Under the pieces are notes generated by a model. That model was given only the letters and a program-made list of their open reading frames with translations, did not search any database and was not told the origin of the DNA. Shown in pieces: positions 33,701 through 48,700 of a DNA stretch of 63,018 bases; position 1 is the stretch's first letter; each line of letters opens with the position of its first letter. The translations under genes were made by a program, and so were the position numbers. Source of the stretch: an uncultured archaeon (lineage in GTDB: Archaea > Aenigmatarchaeota > Aenigmatarchaeia > QMZP01 > QMZT01); contig CAYFWU010000003.1 of the NCBI GenBank assembly GCA_964347025.1, positions 8,834 to 71,851 of the forward strand. Reading direction: 5' to 3'.

Positions 33701-36700
33701 GTTGAAGCTTTCATTCGTGTAGTTACACATGTAGTCAGGCGAAGTGATGCTTACTTCAGGAACATCGTAAACGAAGATTTCACCCCTTTCCGACACCTTT
33801 GTGGAGTATTCAACATGCGCTTCCAGGGTGTAGACACCCTCTGGCCTTCCCGTAAGGTTTACCCAGGTGAAGTTTTCGAGTCTCGTTGAATTTTCCTGGA
33901 TGTTTACGTTGACATGTGTGGATGAGTTTACGACTACTCCAGATGAATTCGTTATGTTCAGGGTTATGTTAGAAAGGTATGAGATGTTCAGGGAGTTCTC
34001 TATCTTTAGTGTTACATTGAAAAAGTTATCCTCTCCGAACACCATACCATTCGTTTCATTCCCATCAACCTTTGATAATATATCTATGACAGAGATTTTG
34101 GGTTTGTAGTAAGCCTTTAAGTTCATGTTGTTTATCGTGACGTTGGAATCTCCTAAGTTCTCGATTTTCGCTATGCAATATCCAGATCCATTTGGAGCCA
34201 TCTGGCTTCTGAATATAGTTACGTTCAACTCCTCTGTTGTGTTGAGGTGGTATGAATGTAGAATATCGATCCATTCTGTGGAATTGTGAATGTAAATCCT
34301 AACGAAGGTATCGTTCCCTGTCCAGTTGGTCTGCAGATGACCTACCCTGTATTCACCTGCAGGACATTCGAACTTCGTTATAGTGTATGATAGCGGAGTC
34401 ACGTTAACCGGCATGGAGTCCAGCGATCCCGCTTCCTCCAGCCTGTATGCTATCACGGTTGTATAATTATCATCCTCGTAATATCCCGGAGAAACTGGCG
34501 CGGATGTGTTTGCTGTTACATTCAGTATGTAGGAATCCTCGTAAGGAATGAGGTCTGTCGCGTTTACGGTCCATATAACCTGAGTTGTGTTTTCCTGTCC
34601 GACACCGGCAGGTATTGTCCCAAGGTATTGTGTCACAGAGGGTAGAACATCCCAGGAAAGTGTTTGCAGGCTGGCATTGGTATCATCTGCATCCCTTCCC
34701 CTTATCCAGATGGTTGCATTGAGAACGAATGGATTGTACTGGAAGATTTCGGAAGGCGAATATATATCAGTTACGTTGAATTCAGGACACTGTATGTCGA
34801 GCGTCACGTTCCAAACAGTCGAATAAGAAGATTTGTAGTAGTTATCACTCGCTGCAACAATCAACCTCCATTTCTGCTTGCCCGGATCGTAAGTACAGTC
34901 CGCAAGGAACTCATAATTCGCATACCCGCTAGCGTTTGTCGATGTACTTCCTTCCACGAGATAGCTTTCATCATACTCTGTTACCTCAACCTGTATGTTT
35001 GCGGATGGCCACGAACTATTAACCAGATCTCCCCTGTCCGTGTCGTTGACCATCACCCTGAACCACGTCGAGGAGATTTTTGTCGTTGTCGTTTCATTCC
35101 CGTAGATATGTACGAACTGGATATCGTCCTTTTCTACTACCGTGGTGTTATCATCATTAAAGTAATCCCCGGCATAAACCGTCGTCGTTCGGTTGTTGCC
35201 CTCTGTATCTGTTGCATTGAACTTGAAGTACCACGTATCTATATCCGTGTATGTGAAACTCTTGTTCCACGAAAGCATCTGATTATTGCAGTCTTCACAG
35301 ATCTTTGACCCATCAACCTGTTCCCATTCTCCTGTTGAGTTCTTGATCCACAGCCAAACCGTTACATTATCTCCTATATCCGTTACATTAACGGTGAAAT
35401 TCCTCGGTATGGACCAGCCATCCGAACGAACGGTGACATTCGCATATCTAAGCATCGGAATCATGGTCAGATAGAAGGCATTCTCTTTGAAATAAGTTCC
35501 GTTGTTGTAGTAATCCTTCTTTGAGATCATGGTTACGTTATACCATCCAGATAGCTGACCTGATGAGTTCCATTCACATGTATAATTGTTGCCTGTTGTA
35601 TTCGTTACCCAGGTCGTGTTACTCGGGCAGTAGTGGGTTCCTCCTACGCTTGAGTTTATTATGAACCTCACGCTCGCGTTTGCGATAGGCGCGTTAGAGC
35701 AGTTCCCATCCGTGACGTTACCGACAAACGTTATGTTCTGATATGCCTCGTAAGTTTCTCCGTTTGGTGATGTGATGTTATTCTTCAAGAAACCGTATAT
35801 CGTAACATTGAATTCGCTGGATTCATTATCCTTGAAACACGTATCATTCGTGATGTTCATCTTCCACTGGCGAATCCCTGGAGTGTAATTACATGTGGCG
35901 TTGAAGTCATACGAATAATTCTGGCCGGGTGTTACCTGCACGCCGGAATCCCAGTGCGTGGAGTTCAGCATGACGTAAAGGTAGACTGAAGGCCCTGTGG
36001 TGTTCACAGTGGAATCGTAATCATAAACGTACGTAGCGAGGGTCGTGGTATCCGATCTATTAACTTCTGATCCATCTCCTGTTAGGTGTTCTACTGACAC
36101 CAGATCCTTCTCCACGGTGTGGTTAATGATGGTTGAGACATTCGCAATGTTAGAATGATCATCTGTGGCGTTGAAGTAAACAAACCATGTCGTGAGATCT
36201 GATTGATCTGCAACAGAGCAGGAATAGGATTTGTTGAATATGAATTTGGTATCATTGGTTTCATTGTATTGCTTCTCCTCCTGGTACTGCCAATCACCGG
36301 TCTTTGTCGAATTAAGCCAGAAGTATACCGTTACGGTATCATTATCCTCATCGGTTACATTCACTGTGTAATTATACGTTCGGTTCCACCCGCCTGATGA
36401 TGGAATAACAGTTGGCTCTTCCAGAATAGGAGCGGAGGAAAGATAGAAGCTCACATTCTTGATATCGTAGTTGTAATAACTCTTGTTCGTGTAGAATTCA
36501 ACGAGGTAAGTTCCAACCTCTTTGTTTGTTGTATCCCACGTACAGTTGTACCATCCATCTGTCTCCTCAACCAGACCGTTCGATGAGTTACACTGGTAGG
36601 TTTTACCATTCTCCTGGTTTGTCAGGTTGAAGTAGATCGTTCCGTCGCTTATGAGATTGGTTATGTTGTTGCTGCATGCATATTCATCGCTTACATGCGC

Positions 36701-39700
36701 CCTCAGGGTTACGTTCTCAATGCCCTTCGTATAGTTCGTGTTCCCATCCGGCGTCTGGATGGTATTATTAAGGTCGCCCCATATGGTCACATTGAATTCA
36801 GAGGATTCTGAATTAAACCAGCACTGGTCATTCGTGATATTCATCTTCCACTGACGGACCCCAGGCGTGTAGTTGCAGTCAGGGTTGAGGTTAACCCTGT
36901 AATGTGTCCCGTTCTCCGTTGCATTCATTTCAATCCAATCATTCTGGTCCTTCTTCACCCATGCAGAGAACGTATCATTCCCTATACCAACCGTGTAATT
37001 ATTCGTATCACTGTCCCATACCTGCACAGACAGCAGAACAGTGCTACCAGGCTGAGAATCAGAACGATTCACAACAGAATTATTTCCATCCCCACCGTAG
37101 TTCACGCTTGTCGTATCCTTCGTGATGTTATGCCAGCCTATAGACGTATTCTCCACATTCGAATTTTCATCGCTCACGTTGAAGAAGAACGTCCAATTAC
37201 CCAAATCGGTAGGACAGGTATACGTATAATTGAACCATGCAAAGTAATCCGAACAATTCTCACACTGCTTCTGACCAGAGGCCGTCCATCCAGATGTGGA
37301 CGTGTGATTCCTCCAGAAATAAATGTCAACCGTGTCGTTGTCATCATCCGTTACGTTAACCGAATAATTATACCACTTACCCCATCCCCCATTACCTCCT
37401 ATACCAACCGGAGAGACATTCAAATCCTCAAGTACAGGAGAGGTCGAAAGGTAGAACGTAATCGAATCCGAACCATTGTTATAATAGTTTTCGCTGGATA
37501 CCATCTCCACATCATACCATCCGAATTCCCCATTAGACGTGTTCCAAGAACAATTGTACCAACCATTCGTTTCTTCGACAGCAGTACATGTCGTAGACGC
37601 CCCTGTCCTCTGGTTAGTAAGGTTGAAGTAGACATTCGCCAGACCTGTCATGTTGTTATCGCAGTCATCTTTTATCTGACCCTTTAACGTTATGTTGCCC
37701 TCTCCTTTCGTGAAGTTGACAGATCCGTTTGGCTCCGTGAGGTTGTTTAAGAGATCGCCGTATACGTTTACATAGAAAATGGATGAGGACTTGTTCTCAT
37801 AGTATGGCGAATCCGTGACATTCACCTGCCACATCCTCTGACCCGGAATGTATTCGCATGTTGCATTGAAGTTGATGTAGTAATAGGTCGAAGTGTTCTC
37901 CTCGGAAAGATCCTTGAATGATCCGCTCTCATTCTCAACGTAGAAGTGTATTTCACTAGATAAGAAATCCAGCGTGTAATTGTTCACATCGGTATCGTTT
38001 ATTTGAACGGAAAGGGTGGTTTCATGGTTTGGACGCGAATCCGAACGGTTTATACTTACTCCATCCCCTTGAAGAACGTCCACAGTTATGTTGTCTCTCT
38101 CAACAATGAAGCTTCCTGATGTCGTGTTACCGAATCCCGCGGTATCATTCAGATCAAACCTGTAGTACCATGTATCCACATCGTATTTAGAAAAGTTGAT
38201 CTCGAAGTATCGAAGGGTGTAACCTTGTGAGGTATTGTCACAGTTCGTGCAGTTAGCCGTCCCGTTCAGTGTCCATGGTCCGGCGTCTTTCCTCAACCAG
38301 AGACTTATGTTAACAGTGTCGTTGTCCTCATCCGTTACATTCACAGAGAAGTTGAAGGGAGATTCGCCCCACCCTCCTGCGGAAGGAATAACCTGTGAAT
38401 CGATTATATCGGGAGTGGATGCAAGGAAGAATGCGTTCTCCTGGTAATCTGTCCCGTTCCAGTGGGAAGCATTTTTAGAGAACATTGTTACGTTATACCA
38501 TCCCAGAGGTGAACCTAGTATATGTGGACCGAAGGATTCGCACTCCCAGTTGGTTCCAGTGAAGCTCGCGTTGCAGTAGTAAGAATACGTTCCATGGGTT
38601 AGGTTGAAGTAGACCTCCTCCAGCTCTCCCATATTCGTTCCGCAGTCATCCTTAACGTTCCCCACTATCGTCATGTTCTGACCGCTCTCATTCGTGTGGT
38701 TGCCGATCGAGAACAACGTATTTATGAGCGAACCCATCAGGGTGAAGTTTATGGCTTCCGTAACGTTATCGAAGACATAACTGTCACCCTGGCTACCTCC
38801 CCACCATCGATGAACGCCAAGATAGTATTTGCTCTTATCAGCACACCAGCTTGTGTTTGTCATGGTTCTGACCAGATGACCAGTTGCATTAGTGTACCAG
38901 TAATCCCCAGGACCAAGATTTTCATCTTGACCATACGTATATGCGGAAAACCAGATCCTTCCCTTTGTTCCCAGCGGAGGGGCTGACATGTTGTCCGTGT
39001 CATACATGAGAACAGTGAAATTGATTTCGCTCTGATTTCTGTTAATTATTGCATCCGCTGGTGGGTATTCGTTAGAGACGTTAACGTTGTCCTTTTCCAC
39101 AGTGTACGAATGTTCGGGGGTTTCACTTTCCCCGTCAGGATTGGTTGCATTGAAGAAATAATACCAGGTACCCATCTGTGTCTGGTTATAATCATACGTC
39201 ATGTTAACGTTGTACCAATCATTGCAGAAGGTGCAGTTATACTCATCAATCATTGTGTAATCCTCGAAGCCAGAGACATCCGCTGATTTATGCCACAAGC
39301 GGATTGTCACGTTCCTTCCGAACCTGTCCCTCACCATCACAGTGAAATTCCACTCCTCTCCCCATCCTCCTCTATCCCTGCTGACGTTTCCATTCACCCA
39401 AACCTCCTCATTCTCGAGCAGAGGTTTGTAATAGTAGACCTTTACCTTGGTGAACAGATCCTGCTCCTCCTCGAATAACTTTCCGTACTCCCAGGTGTAG
39501 TTCAGTTTCGTTACCGTAACGTTCGTGTCGGGATTCAATGTTCCATCAGCATGGGAGTATACATGTATGTCTTGGTATATGGGACTTGCCGACAACGATC
39601 CCAAGAATCTCTCCTTCTCATCAGAATCCACTGTGTAGTTGGACCAGAACTCACCAGAAGCCGAACCGAAGGAATAGTTCTGCCAAACCAGTTTGTACAC

Positions 39701-42700
39701 GCTTGCACCATCCTCTATCGATACGTTCGCTTCACCGATCGTGAGGTTCGTTCCAGTAAAGTCATAGTTAACCAAGAAATGTATCTTATTCAACTTCTCA
39801 TACGGTTGGGCAGGATGGCTGAAGCCATACGAAGTGGTCGTGGTATTGGAAGAACCTGTGGAACCTATGTAAGTGGTATTGGTGTAACCTTCTGAGCCTC
39901 TGGTATCACGGACACCCCTCGTTCGGAAAACCTTTCTACCCGTATCCGTGCAGTTCAGTGTAAAGTTAAGGTAGGTCGACTTCCTGCTGCCTATATTCGG
40001 GACGTTCCAGACAATCTCGTTGTTCGACTCGTTGTAACTCCCTCCCTGATAAACATCCGTTACGTTACAGTCCGGAGAAACGAAAAGGCTCGCATTCCAC
40101 TCATTCGATGTGTTTACATCCCCTATATTCACAACCTTGAGAGAATAGTTGTACGTCACGTTTGGCTGTATAGAACGTGGCTCTGGCCACGGATTTTCAG
40201 ATCTCTGGTAGACAATTAAATCGAATTCAAGATGCGACTCGCTTGAATAATTCATGGTGGTTATCTCGAAAGTTTCTCTCTCCACTATCCCCTTGTACCC
40301 CCATGATGCATTGTACCTGAAGTGTCCTACGGTTGAATACGTATTTGGGGATATCGCTTGATATGAGGCGACACTGTAGTTGTTAACACCGAACGTTTCA
40401 TTATCTATGTACCAGCTTATTACGTTGTTGTCCAGATCTATGTTTGGAGGAGAAGTTTCCGTCCCACCGGTAAGGGTCGGGTTGGCCGGGAACCATCCGG
40501 TGGGAACGATTTCCCTGAGAATCACGTCATCCTTCGGGTTACCACAACCTTTGTTGTGTATAACGAGCGAGGATTCGAAAACCTTGTTCTTGTCCACCTT
40601 CATTGGCGTTTCCCTTATGACCTCGAATATCGCTATATCATCGTCATTCTCTATCGAGAAATTTTCGCTCCTTGATTTCTGAAGATTATTGGGGTATGTG
40701 TAATTAACGGAAACGTTCAGTGTGAAGTTACCATTCGTATCATCTGTAGTCAGATTAAAGGAGAGTGTCGTGTTTCCCCTCTCAGAAATGTTTAACAGAG
40801 TGTAAGCAGGTGAGATGCCCCAGCCGGAAGGTTTATTCACAGTTACGTTGTACTGAATCTTATCAGTGAAAGGATGATAGACCGTTATGTTCAACTCCTC
40901 TGTTGTGGAGTTACAGAAGTATGCAATTACGTAAGGGTATACGCTCACATTCCCCACGACGAAAACCTCGCTTCTGGAATCTTCACCCAGCGAATATGTT
41001 AGATTGGCCTTCACAATGTAATCATCCTCATCCCATCCCGTGGTGTTTATGTCGGTGAAGTTCTCGTATGCACTCGAGCCCGCAGGTACGTTAATGTTCG
41101 TGTGCATTGAATAGTTGACAACATAACCGGATGAATTCGTGATGTTCAGACTTACATTCACATCGTATGCGGTATCCATAGAACTCGATATCTTGACAGT
41201 CACATTGAAAAAGCTGTCCCCTTCCTCCATACCGTTGGTTTCTTCCCCTCCTATCCTTTTGACTATATCTGTTATCTGCACCTTCGGTTTGTAATAAGCC
41301 TCGAAAGTTGCGTTTCTGAACGTCAGGTTGTTGTCTCCGACGTTCTTTATTTTAAAGCTGCAGTTCCCGCTTTCATTGGTCCTCATCTGACTTTTGAACA
41401 CAGGAACGAAAAACTCAGAAGAGCCAAGTTCATAAGAATGTAGTATATCGGTCCAGCCGGTTGAGTTGTAGACATAGACTCTAGCTTTCGTATTCCCTGT
41501 CCAGTTTACAGTCAGATTCCCTGTCCTGTAGTGGCTCGCAGGGCAGGGGAAACCGAAAACAAGTTCTCCATCACTCGTTATGTTACTCTCCTGATCTTGG
41601 TAGTAGCTCTTCCCTAGAAGTTTGTAAACATTTATGTTCTTATTCAAGGTATCGTTCAGCCCCTCGCTAGAATTGGCGAAAACAGAGAAGTAAGTTGTGG
41701 AGTTGTAGGAAGTGATGTTTATGGTCCAGTTGGTAGTTTTCGAAGAGTCAGATGGGATCGTTCCAAGATTACGCGTTTTGCTGGGGAAAACACCCCAGTC
41801 AGGGGGGACGTCTATCGTTGCGTTAACATCGCTTGCCGCTCCCTGTATGGCATTTACAGTCGCTTCGACAACGAAGGTTTTGTTCTCGAATATTTCATAC
41901 GCAGAGTCTATGCTGCTCACCGTCAGGGCTGCCTCGCAACCATACGTCTCGACAGTAACGTTGTACTCTCCTGACGGAGGATCCTTATAACACGAATCAT
42001 CAGGGTCTATATACCCCCTCCAGTTCTGTTTCTGCTGGTAGTAATCGCAGGTGGGGATGAAGTAGTAGACAACGTGTCCTGTCGAATTCGTCGTGTTGGA
42101 ATCAGGAGTTCCTGCAGGATAGTACTGCGATCCAATCCCGTATTTCGTGACGTTGAATTTGATCGCAGCGGAGGAGTAAGACGGATTGTATGCTGGCTGG
42201 TTGCTGTCGGTATCGTTTATGAACAATACGAACTTTGCGGCTGTTGAGTTCGAAACGTTCGATGAATTGTAGAATGCGTTGCTCTCATTCCCTTCCACGT
42301 ATATTATCTGTATGTCATTCTTTTCCAGAATGAACGAGTTATCATCATCAACGTACTCCCCGTCAGCGACACTGGTATCATCATAGTTCCCGTTCAGATC
42401 AGTGGCATCGAACTTGAAGAACCAAGTCCCAATATCCCCGCAGGAGAAGTTGACCTCCCAGTATGCAGTGAAGTTCGAGCATGATGTACAGTTAACGGCA
42501 TCCCCAATCTGGTTCCAACTCCCTCCAGATTTCATCCCATAAAGCTTCGTGCTTACATTATCTCCGGCCTCATCCGTTACCTTCACAGTGAAATTGAACG
42601 TTCTGCCCCACCCCTCCTGCCTTGGTGTGACATTCGCGTAATTCAAAATTGGAACAGTTGATAGATAGAAGGTGTCTGGAGGATATATGCTTGTCTGATT

Positions 42701-45700
42701 GTCATAATAATACGTTTTATTTACAACAAAAGTAACATTATACCATCCTTCATTCGCTCCTGACGAATCCCAGCCTCCCTGATAGAAACCGCCTCCCACA
42801 CCCGTTGGCGTGAAGTTACCAGAGAATCCTGTTGTGGTTAGATTGAAGGAGGTGGTGGCATAATCTATCAGATTACCACAATCATCCAGAACTTTGCCCT
42901 GGTGGAAGATGTTATCTCCCCACGTATAGTTCTCAGAACCATCCGGTTTTAACACGCTCAGGTTAAAGTCCCCCCTCACAGTCAGGTTATAAATAATAGA
43001 CTCATTTGCAAAATAACACTGTTCAGATGAATTTATCTTTACGTACCATTTCTGTTGACCAACTGAATATTCAGGACCGGGGTCTGCTGAACAGTTTGGG
43101 TCAAAACCATAAGTTACATTCCCGTCACTATCTGTCTGTAGATCATGACCGTCATCGTAAACGTAACCAGGGGGGCCGGTATAGCTTATCCATAGCGTTA
43201 CATTCACACCTGCTGACAGGTATGTGTTGTTTTCGTCCCTCAGCCGAAGTTTAAGCACATCTATCTGGGTACCGCTCCTGTTAGCTGTGGATTCGTTCCC
43301 TGACAGATGTTCGAATATTACGCTGTCCCTTGTCACCGAAAAGCTCTGCGGGCTTGTTGCGTTAACTGTACCGTTATAGTTCGTGGCATTGAAAAAGAAA
43401 TATTTCGAATCGTCTATATCCCCGCATGAAAAGTTGTGCGTGAAATTCAGCTGCTGCCAGCCCCCGGGTGGTATTGTATAGTTATCCTCTGCTATGTAGG
43501 TCCATGGACCTGTTGAATCGGGCCCAGCCCAGAGGAAGACAGTAACGTTATCCCCGCCAGTAGTGTTCACAGTAACGTTAAATGTAAAGGTAGTCCCTCC
43601 CCACGGGCCTGACGGTGGGCTCTGGGTAACATTTTCAAGAAGTATGCTAACTGGCGGAAGTTCGTTAACGTCAAAAATATCGTTTCCAGACGTTTCATCT
43701 TCAATTTCGCCTGTTACAGTGTTGTTCATCTTGAATTTATAACGCCATGTTCCGGTGTCTGAATCGGTGAAATTGCAATACCAGTAAAAGGTTTCATTAA
43801 TGCAATTATCACAAATCATAGGAGTTTGATTCACACATGAATAATAAGTGTACTCGTTAAAGACGCTGCCACCTGGCGGTCTTAAATAAAGCGTTATATT
43901 CATTGGCGTGTTATCACCTGAGATGGCCACAATAGAAAAATTCCAGTTTTTATAGGTGTAGTACTCTGAGGTTGGATCTACGGACTGATTGAAAAGGTCT
44001 CTATAGGCATTGAGGAAGAATGCATTAACAAGGGTGTCAGAACCGTTCCAGAATTTTCCATCCTCAGTGCCCTTTGAAAAGGCGCTGACAGTTACGTTGT
44101 ACCAGCCAGTGGGGGCGTCTATGGGCAAACTTCTCGTACAGGAGAAGCTACCCGAAGGTGTGCAATTATATTCAGTAACACCCTGTATAATTTTGTATAT
44201 AACACCAAATTTAGCGGTGTCTGATTTCTGAGCGCTGCAATCGTCTATGACGCTTGAGGTGAAGTCTATATCTACATTTTGGGTGTAGTTCTGGGCTCCT
44301 GTGGGCGAATCTAAAGTTGAATTGGATAGATCTCCCATCAACCAGAAAGGTATTACCTCCGTGTAGTTGTCTTTCCAGCAGTCCTTTGAATAAAGCCCTG
44401 CTCTCCAGTATTCCTGACCCAGATAGTATCTTGAATCTCCGCACCACTGTGATAAGCCCATCGTTCTGTTCATGTGTCCTGTTCCGTTGGTGTCTCTGAA
44501 AATAGGCGAATCAAATGTGGTGTTGTCGTTGTAGAAAGAAATCCACACCCTTCCGAATTCGGACTGGTTCGCAACACTTTCATTCGTGTCCGTATCATTT
44601 ATTTGTACCAGGAATAAACTGTTTTCTGTTCTGTTTATGGTGATGTTCCATGAAGGTGATACGTTATAAACCTTTGCATCGTCCTTTTCAATATAGAAGG
44701 TTAACTCTGTCGTTTCGTTTACCAATCCGCCATCATCCGATGCATTGAACTTGAATTTCAAATAAGTCTCTTTTTGAGCGCAGGAAAAGTTTGTGGTAAA
44801 GTTTATTAAATAACCAGGTTGCGTAGTTGGCGCTGGGACGATTTCTTGGTATATCTGATTCCAGGTATCGTATGGTGGTTCTGACCACCAGCCGTCAACA
44901 GTTACGTTACCTCCTTCCGGGTCCCAGACGTAAACCGTGAAGTTAAATATCTCCCCCCAGCCAGCTTGGCTGGGTTCAACAGACTCATTCTCTAACCTCG
45001 GATTGGTATTCAAAAAGCCTATCATGAGGAACAAAGGTTGGCTGTCAGAAAAACTTCTGCCATGAGTCCATTCATAGGCAAGCTTGGTTATCGTGATGTT
45101 TCCGAATTCATCATTTGTTCCATCTGTATGAGAATAAACCCCGATGTTGCGATCCGCTTCTTCGAAAACTTCTCGTTCCTCATCAGTTAAAGAATAATTG
45201 GACCAGACCTGACCGGCTACATCAGCGAAGGAATAGTTTTGCCAGACCAGCTTTCGAACGTCATTATCATCACTTATGTTTGCATAACCCTCTCCTATCG
45301 TTAGATTGTAGGCAGACCAATTGTAGTTGATCAAGAAATCTATTTCAGACAACTTTTGATAATGCTCCCCTGGTTGGGTGAAGGTACGGGTCGTGCTGTT
45401 ACTGCAGGTGGAACCCGAGCACCCGAAATTTAAATCATCGACATAACTGGTGGAATCTCTAGTGTCATTAGTTCCTATTGCCCTCAATATGTACGATCCT
45501 TCTTGGGTGCAGTTCATGTAGAAGCCGAGATTCGTACTATTTCCGGCCCCCAGGGATCCAAGCTGCCACGTAAGCTTTCTTTCGGTTTCATTCCAGGTAG
45601 CAGGATCGTAGGCTGAAACATTACATTCTTCCGGTATCGTAAGGGTTACATTCCATGTGTTGGCAGAAATATTAAGATCGCCTACGTTAATCACTTTTAG

Positions 45701-48700
45701 GGTATAGGATATGTTGTATTCTGGATTTGCTGATCTCTTCTTCCACCCCCCTGAGGTGAGGTCGAATGTCAAATGGCTTTCATCTGTGTAGTTCATTGTT
45801 CTGACTTGGTGGGCTGGGGTCTCGGTTATGTTTCTGCTGCCCCATGTAAGGTTATACCAAAACATTCCTGTCTGGCCAGTATCCAGATCAGAGAGAACCT
45901 TATAAGCTGCGATTTTGTACATGTTGGCAGCTATGTCGCCAAGATCACTTGCAGACCATCTGACCTCCCTTTCAGGTACGTCCACCTCTCCGGCTGTCAC
46001 GCCATCCAGAGTTGGAGCATAAGCCACCCAACCGGTTGGCAGCTTTTCGGTAAGATAGATATTTGTGGCTAAAGCACAACCCTTGTTGTGAATAACAAGA
46101 CGAGAAGCGAAGTCCGTGTTGTTCCCAACTTCTCCTGGAGTCTCCCTGATTATCTCCAAAACCGGGATGGAGTCACCGGCTTCTATGGTGTAATTCGCTT
46201 CCCTGTATTTATCCAGATTATCGGGATAGGTGTAATTGACGCTTGCATTTATCACGAAATTTTGGCTAGTCCCTGCCTCTGCGGTAAGGTTAAAGCTTGC
46301 GACATAATCACCGGGCTCGCTGGCGTTTATAAGAACGTAATCAGGTTCTAACACCCAAGAGCTTGGGACCTCAAGGGTTACGTTGTACTGCAAATCATCC
46401 GTGAATGGATGAGAAACCGTGACGTTAAACTGCTCGGTCGTTGCGTTGCACATGTAAGGTTGGCCTTTTGCTGAAACAGGAACCGTTTTGAATATGAAAT
46501 CTTCCTCCCTTTCCACTGGTTCGCTGATATTACCGTTAACATATGATCCTATCTGATAGTCATCTTCTGACCAGGTGGAAGTATTGATGCTGGTGAAATT
46601 AACCAGTATGGTTTCGTTATTTGGAAGTGTAATGTCAGTCTGCGTGCTGCTGTTGACGACGTAACCGGTGGAGTTGGTGATGTTTAAAGTCACGTTAATC
46701 GAGTAAGAGATGTTAAGGGTGTTTGCTATCTTTACCGTCACGTTGAACAAACCGTCTCCCGACTCCATCCCATATGTCTCCACCCCATTTTTCTTTGGCA
46801 CGATATCCTGAACCAGAACCACGGGTCTGTAATAAGCCTCTAAGAAAAGAGAGTCCACCATAAGGTTGTATGTATCCATGTTCTCGATTTTTATTTGGCA
46901 GTATCCGCTGCCGTTAGCTGCTATCTGATCCTCGAGTATGGCGATCTTCGTCCTTTCTGCAGTGTCGTTGACGTATTTTCTCAGAATCTCATTCCAACCC
47001 GTTCGGTTTAAAGCGTAAACCCTTGCAGACGTATTCCCTCCATTTGATTCCCAGTGGACCGTTAAATTCGCAACCCTGTAGATTCCGGCTTCGCAGGCCC
47101 ATGAAGCAATTAATTCCTTCTCACTGCTTATTTCAGCTTCTACTGTATTATCATCCAAGCTCTCCCCAACGGTCACATTGGTGACATTAACTTTACTTAA
47201 AGCACCTTCCGAATAGGTATCATTTTTAACTGTTGCATACTTCGGGGTTGAGGCCGGCGAAACTTTGTAAGCAATCAATATTTGGGAATCGTTATAATCG
47301 GAGTTGTCCTCTTCATTTTCCCCTGTAACGTTCACAGTGAAGTTTGAATACGAGTTGGGCAGAATTGTCCATGTCACTTTCTTCACTTCTTCCCATCCCA
47401 GATCCCCTACCTGTTGGGTAACAGACGGCCATATCTGCCAGCCTGAGGGAACCACAAGGCTGAGATTTATTCCTGTTGAAGAACCCGCCGTGCTATTTAC
47501 GGTCGCGTTCACCGTAAAGTTCATGCCCTGGAAAACCTCTTCAGGAGCGAGAACTTCCGTTACATTAGGAACACCAATTCCCGAAAGCTCAAAGGCCGGA
47601 TCCTTAAGGTGAGTGCCGTTCCAATAATAACTGACATTCGATGCGTTCATCTCCACAGAGCAGTTAAGGTTGTATTCAACAACCTCAATTGAATCCCACG
47701 TGCAGTTATAGGTCCCGTTCCCGAGGTCGGTTATTGCGGAAGTGCAATCGTAGGAGTAATCGCCGCATGTTATGTTAAAGAAAACGTTTGCACCTGTGAT
47801 GTAGTTATTGCAGTCATCAAGCAAATCTCCGATAATCGGAATTACGTCTCCTATCTGGTATGATGTGTAAGGCATCGTGACATTCGGCTCCAGATCTCCG
47901 TAAACCGTTACATTATAGATCGATTGACTCTGAACATCATCCTTGAAATAATCGTAGGCATCGTCAAGGGTATAGGCAAACCAAGTCTGGTTACCAACGT
48001 CGTATAATGGATCGCAGCCTGGGTCAAAACTTAGATTGGAATAACCAGCTGAACCAGTCAAAACCACCATCTGATCAGTTCCGCTGTCCTTATGATAGTT
48101 GGTGTAATTCGTCCCGTTCACGGTCACGTTAAAGTAGATGTTTTCCTGAATCGATGAAGATGCATATTGACCGCGATCAGTGTCAAAGACGTCAACCCAG
48201 AGGGGAACTGTCTGGCTCCCGGACCTGTTCACGGAAACGTCCCTCGGCGTGTCTTTCCTCTCAGGGGCCTCGCAGAAAATGGTTAAATTCTCCACGTGTT
48301 TTACATATCCAGAAATGTCGTTTTGCGTTACATTCGATGTTATGTTGATTACGTATGCATCCTCGCTAGGACACATGATCCTCATCTTGAATGTCAGATA
48401 GGCCTTCGCCAAAGATGTGTTAAATTCATAACCATCTATCATATCATTTACACAATTGACGCAGGCATATTGCCAATAAAGTTCTGTGTATGTTCCATTG
48501 GTGGTGGCATGGTGTGTAACGTTTTGGTTTCCCCTGCCATGGGCCTCGATTGTCCCTGGTATGACCCAGCCCGCTGGTATGGTGATGTTTGTCCTGAAGG
48601 ACGTTACCTCACCAAAGCTTGAGGATTCCGTGAACACCCACATCGGAAGAAGGACATCAACAACCTGCGTCCTGTTCGCCTTCCGGTCCTCATAGGACCA

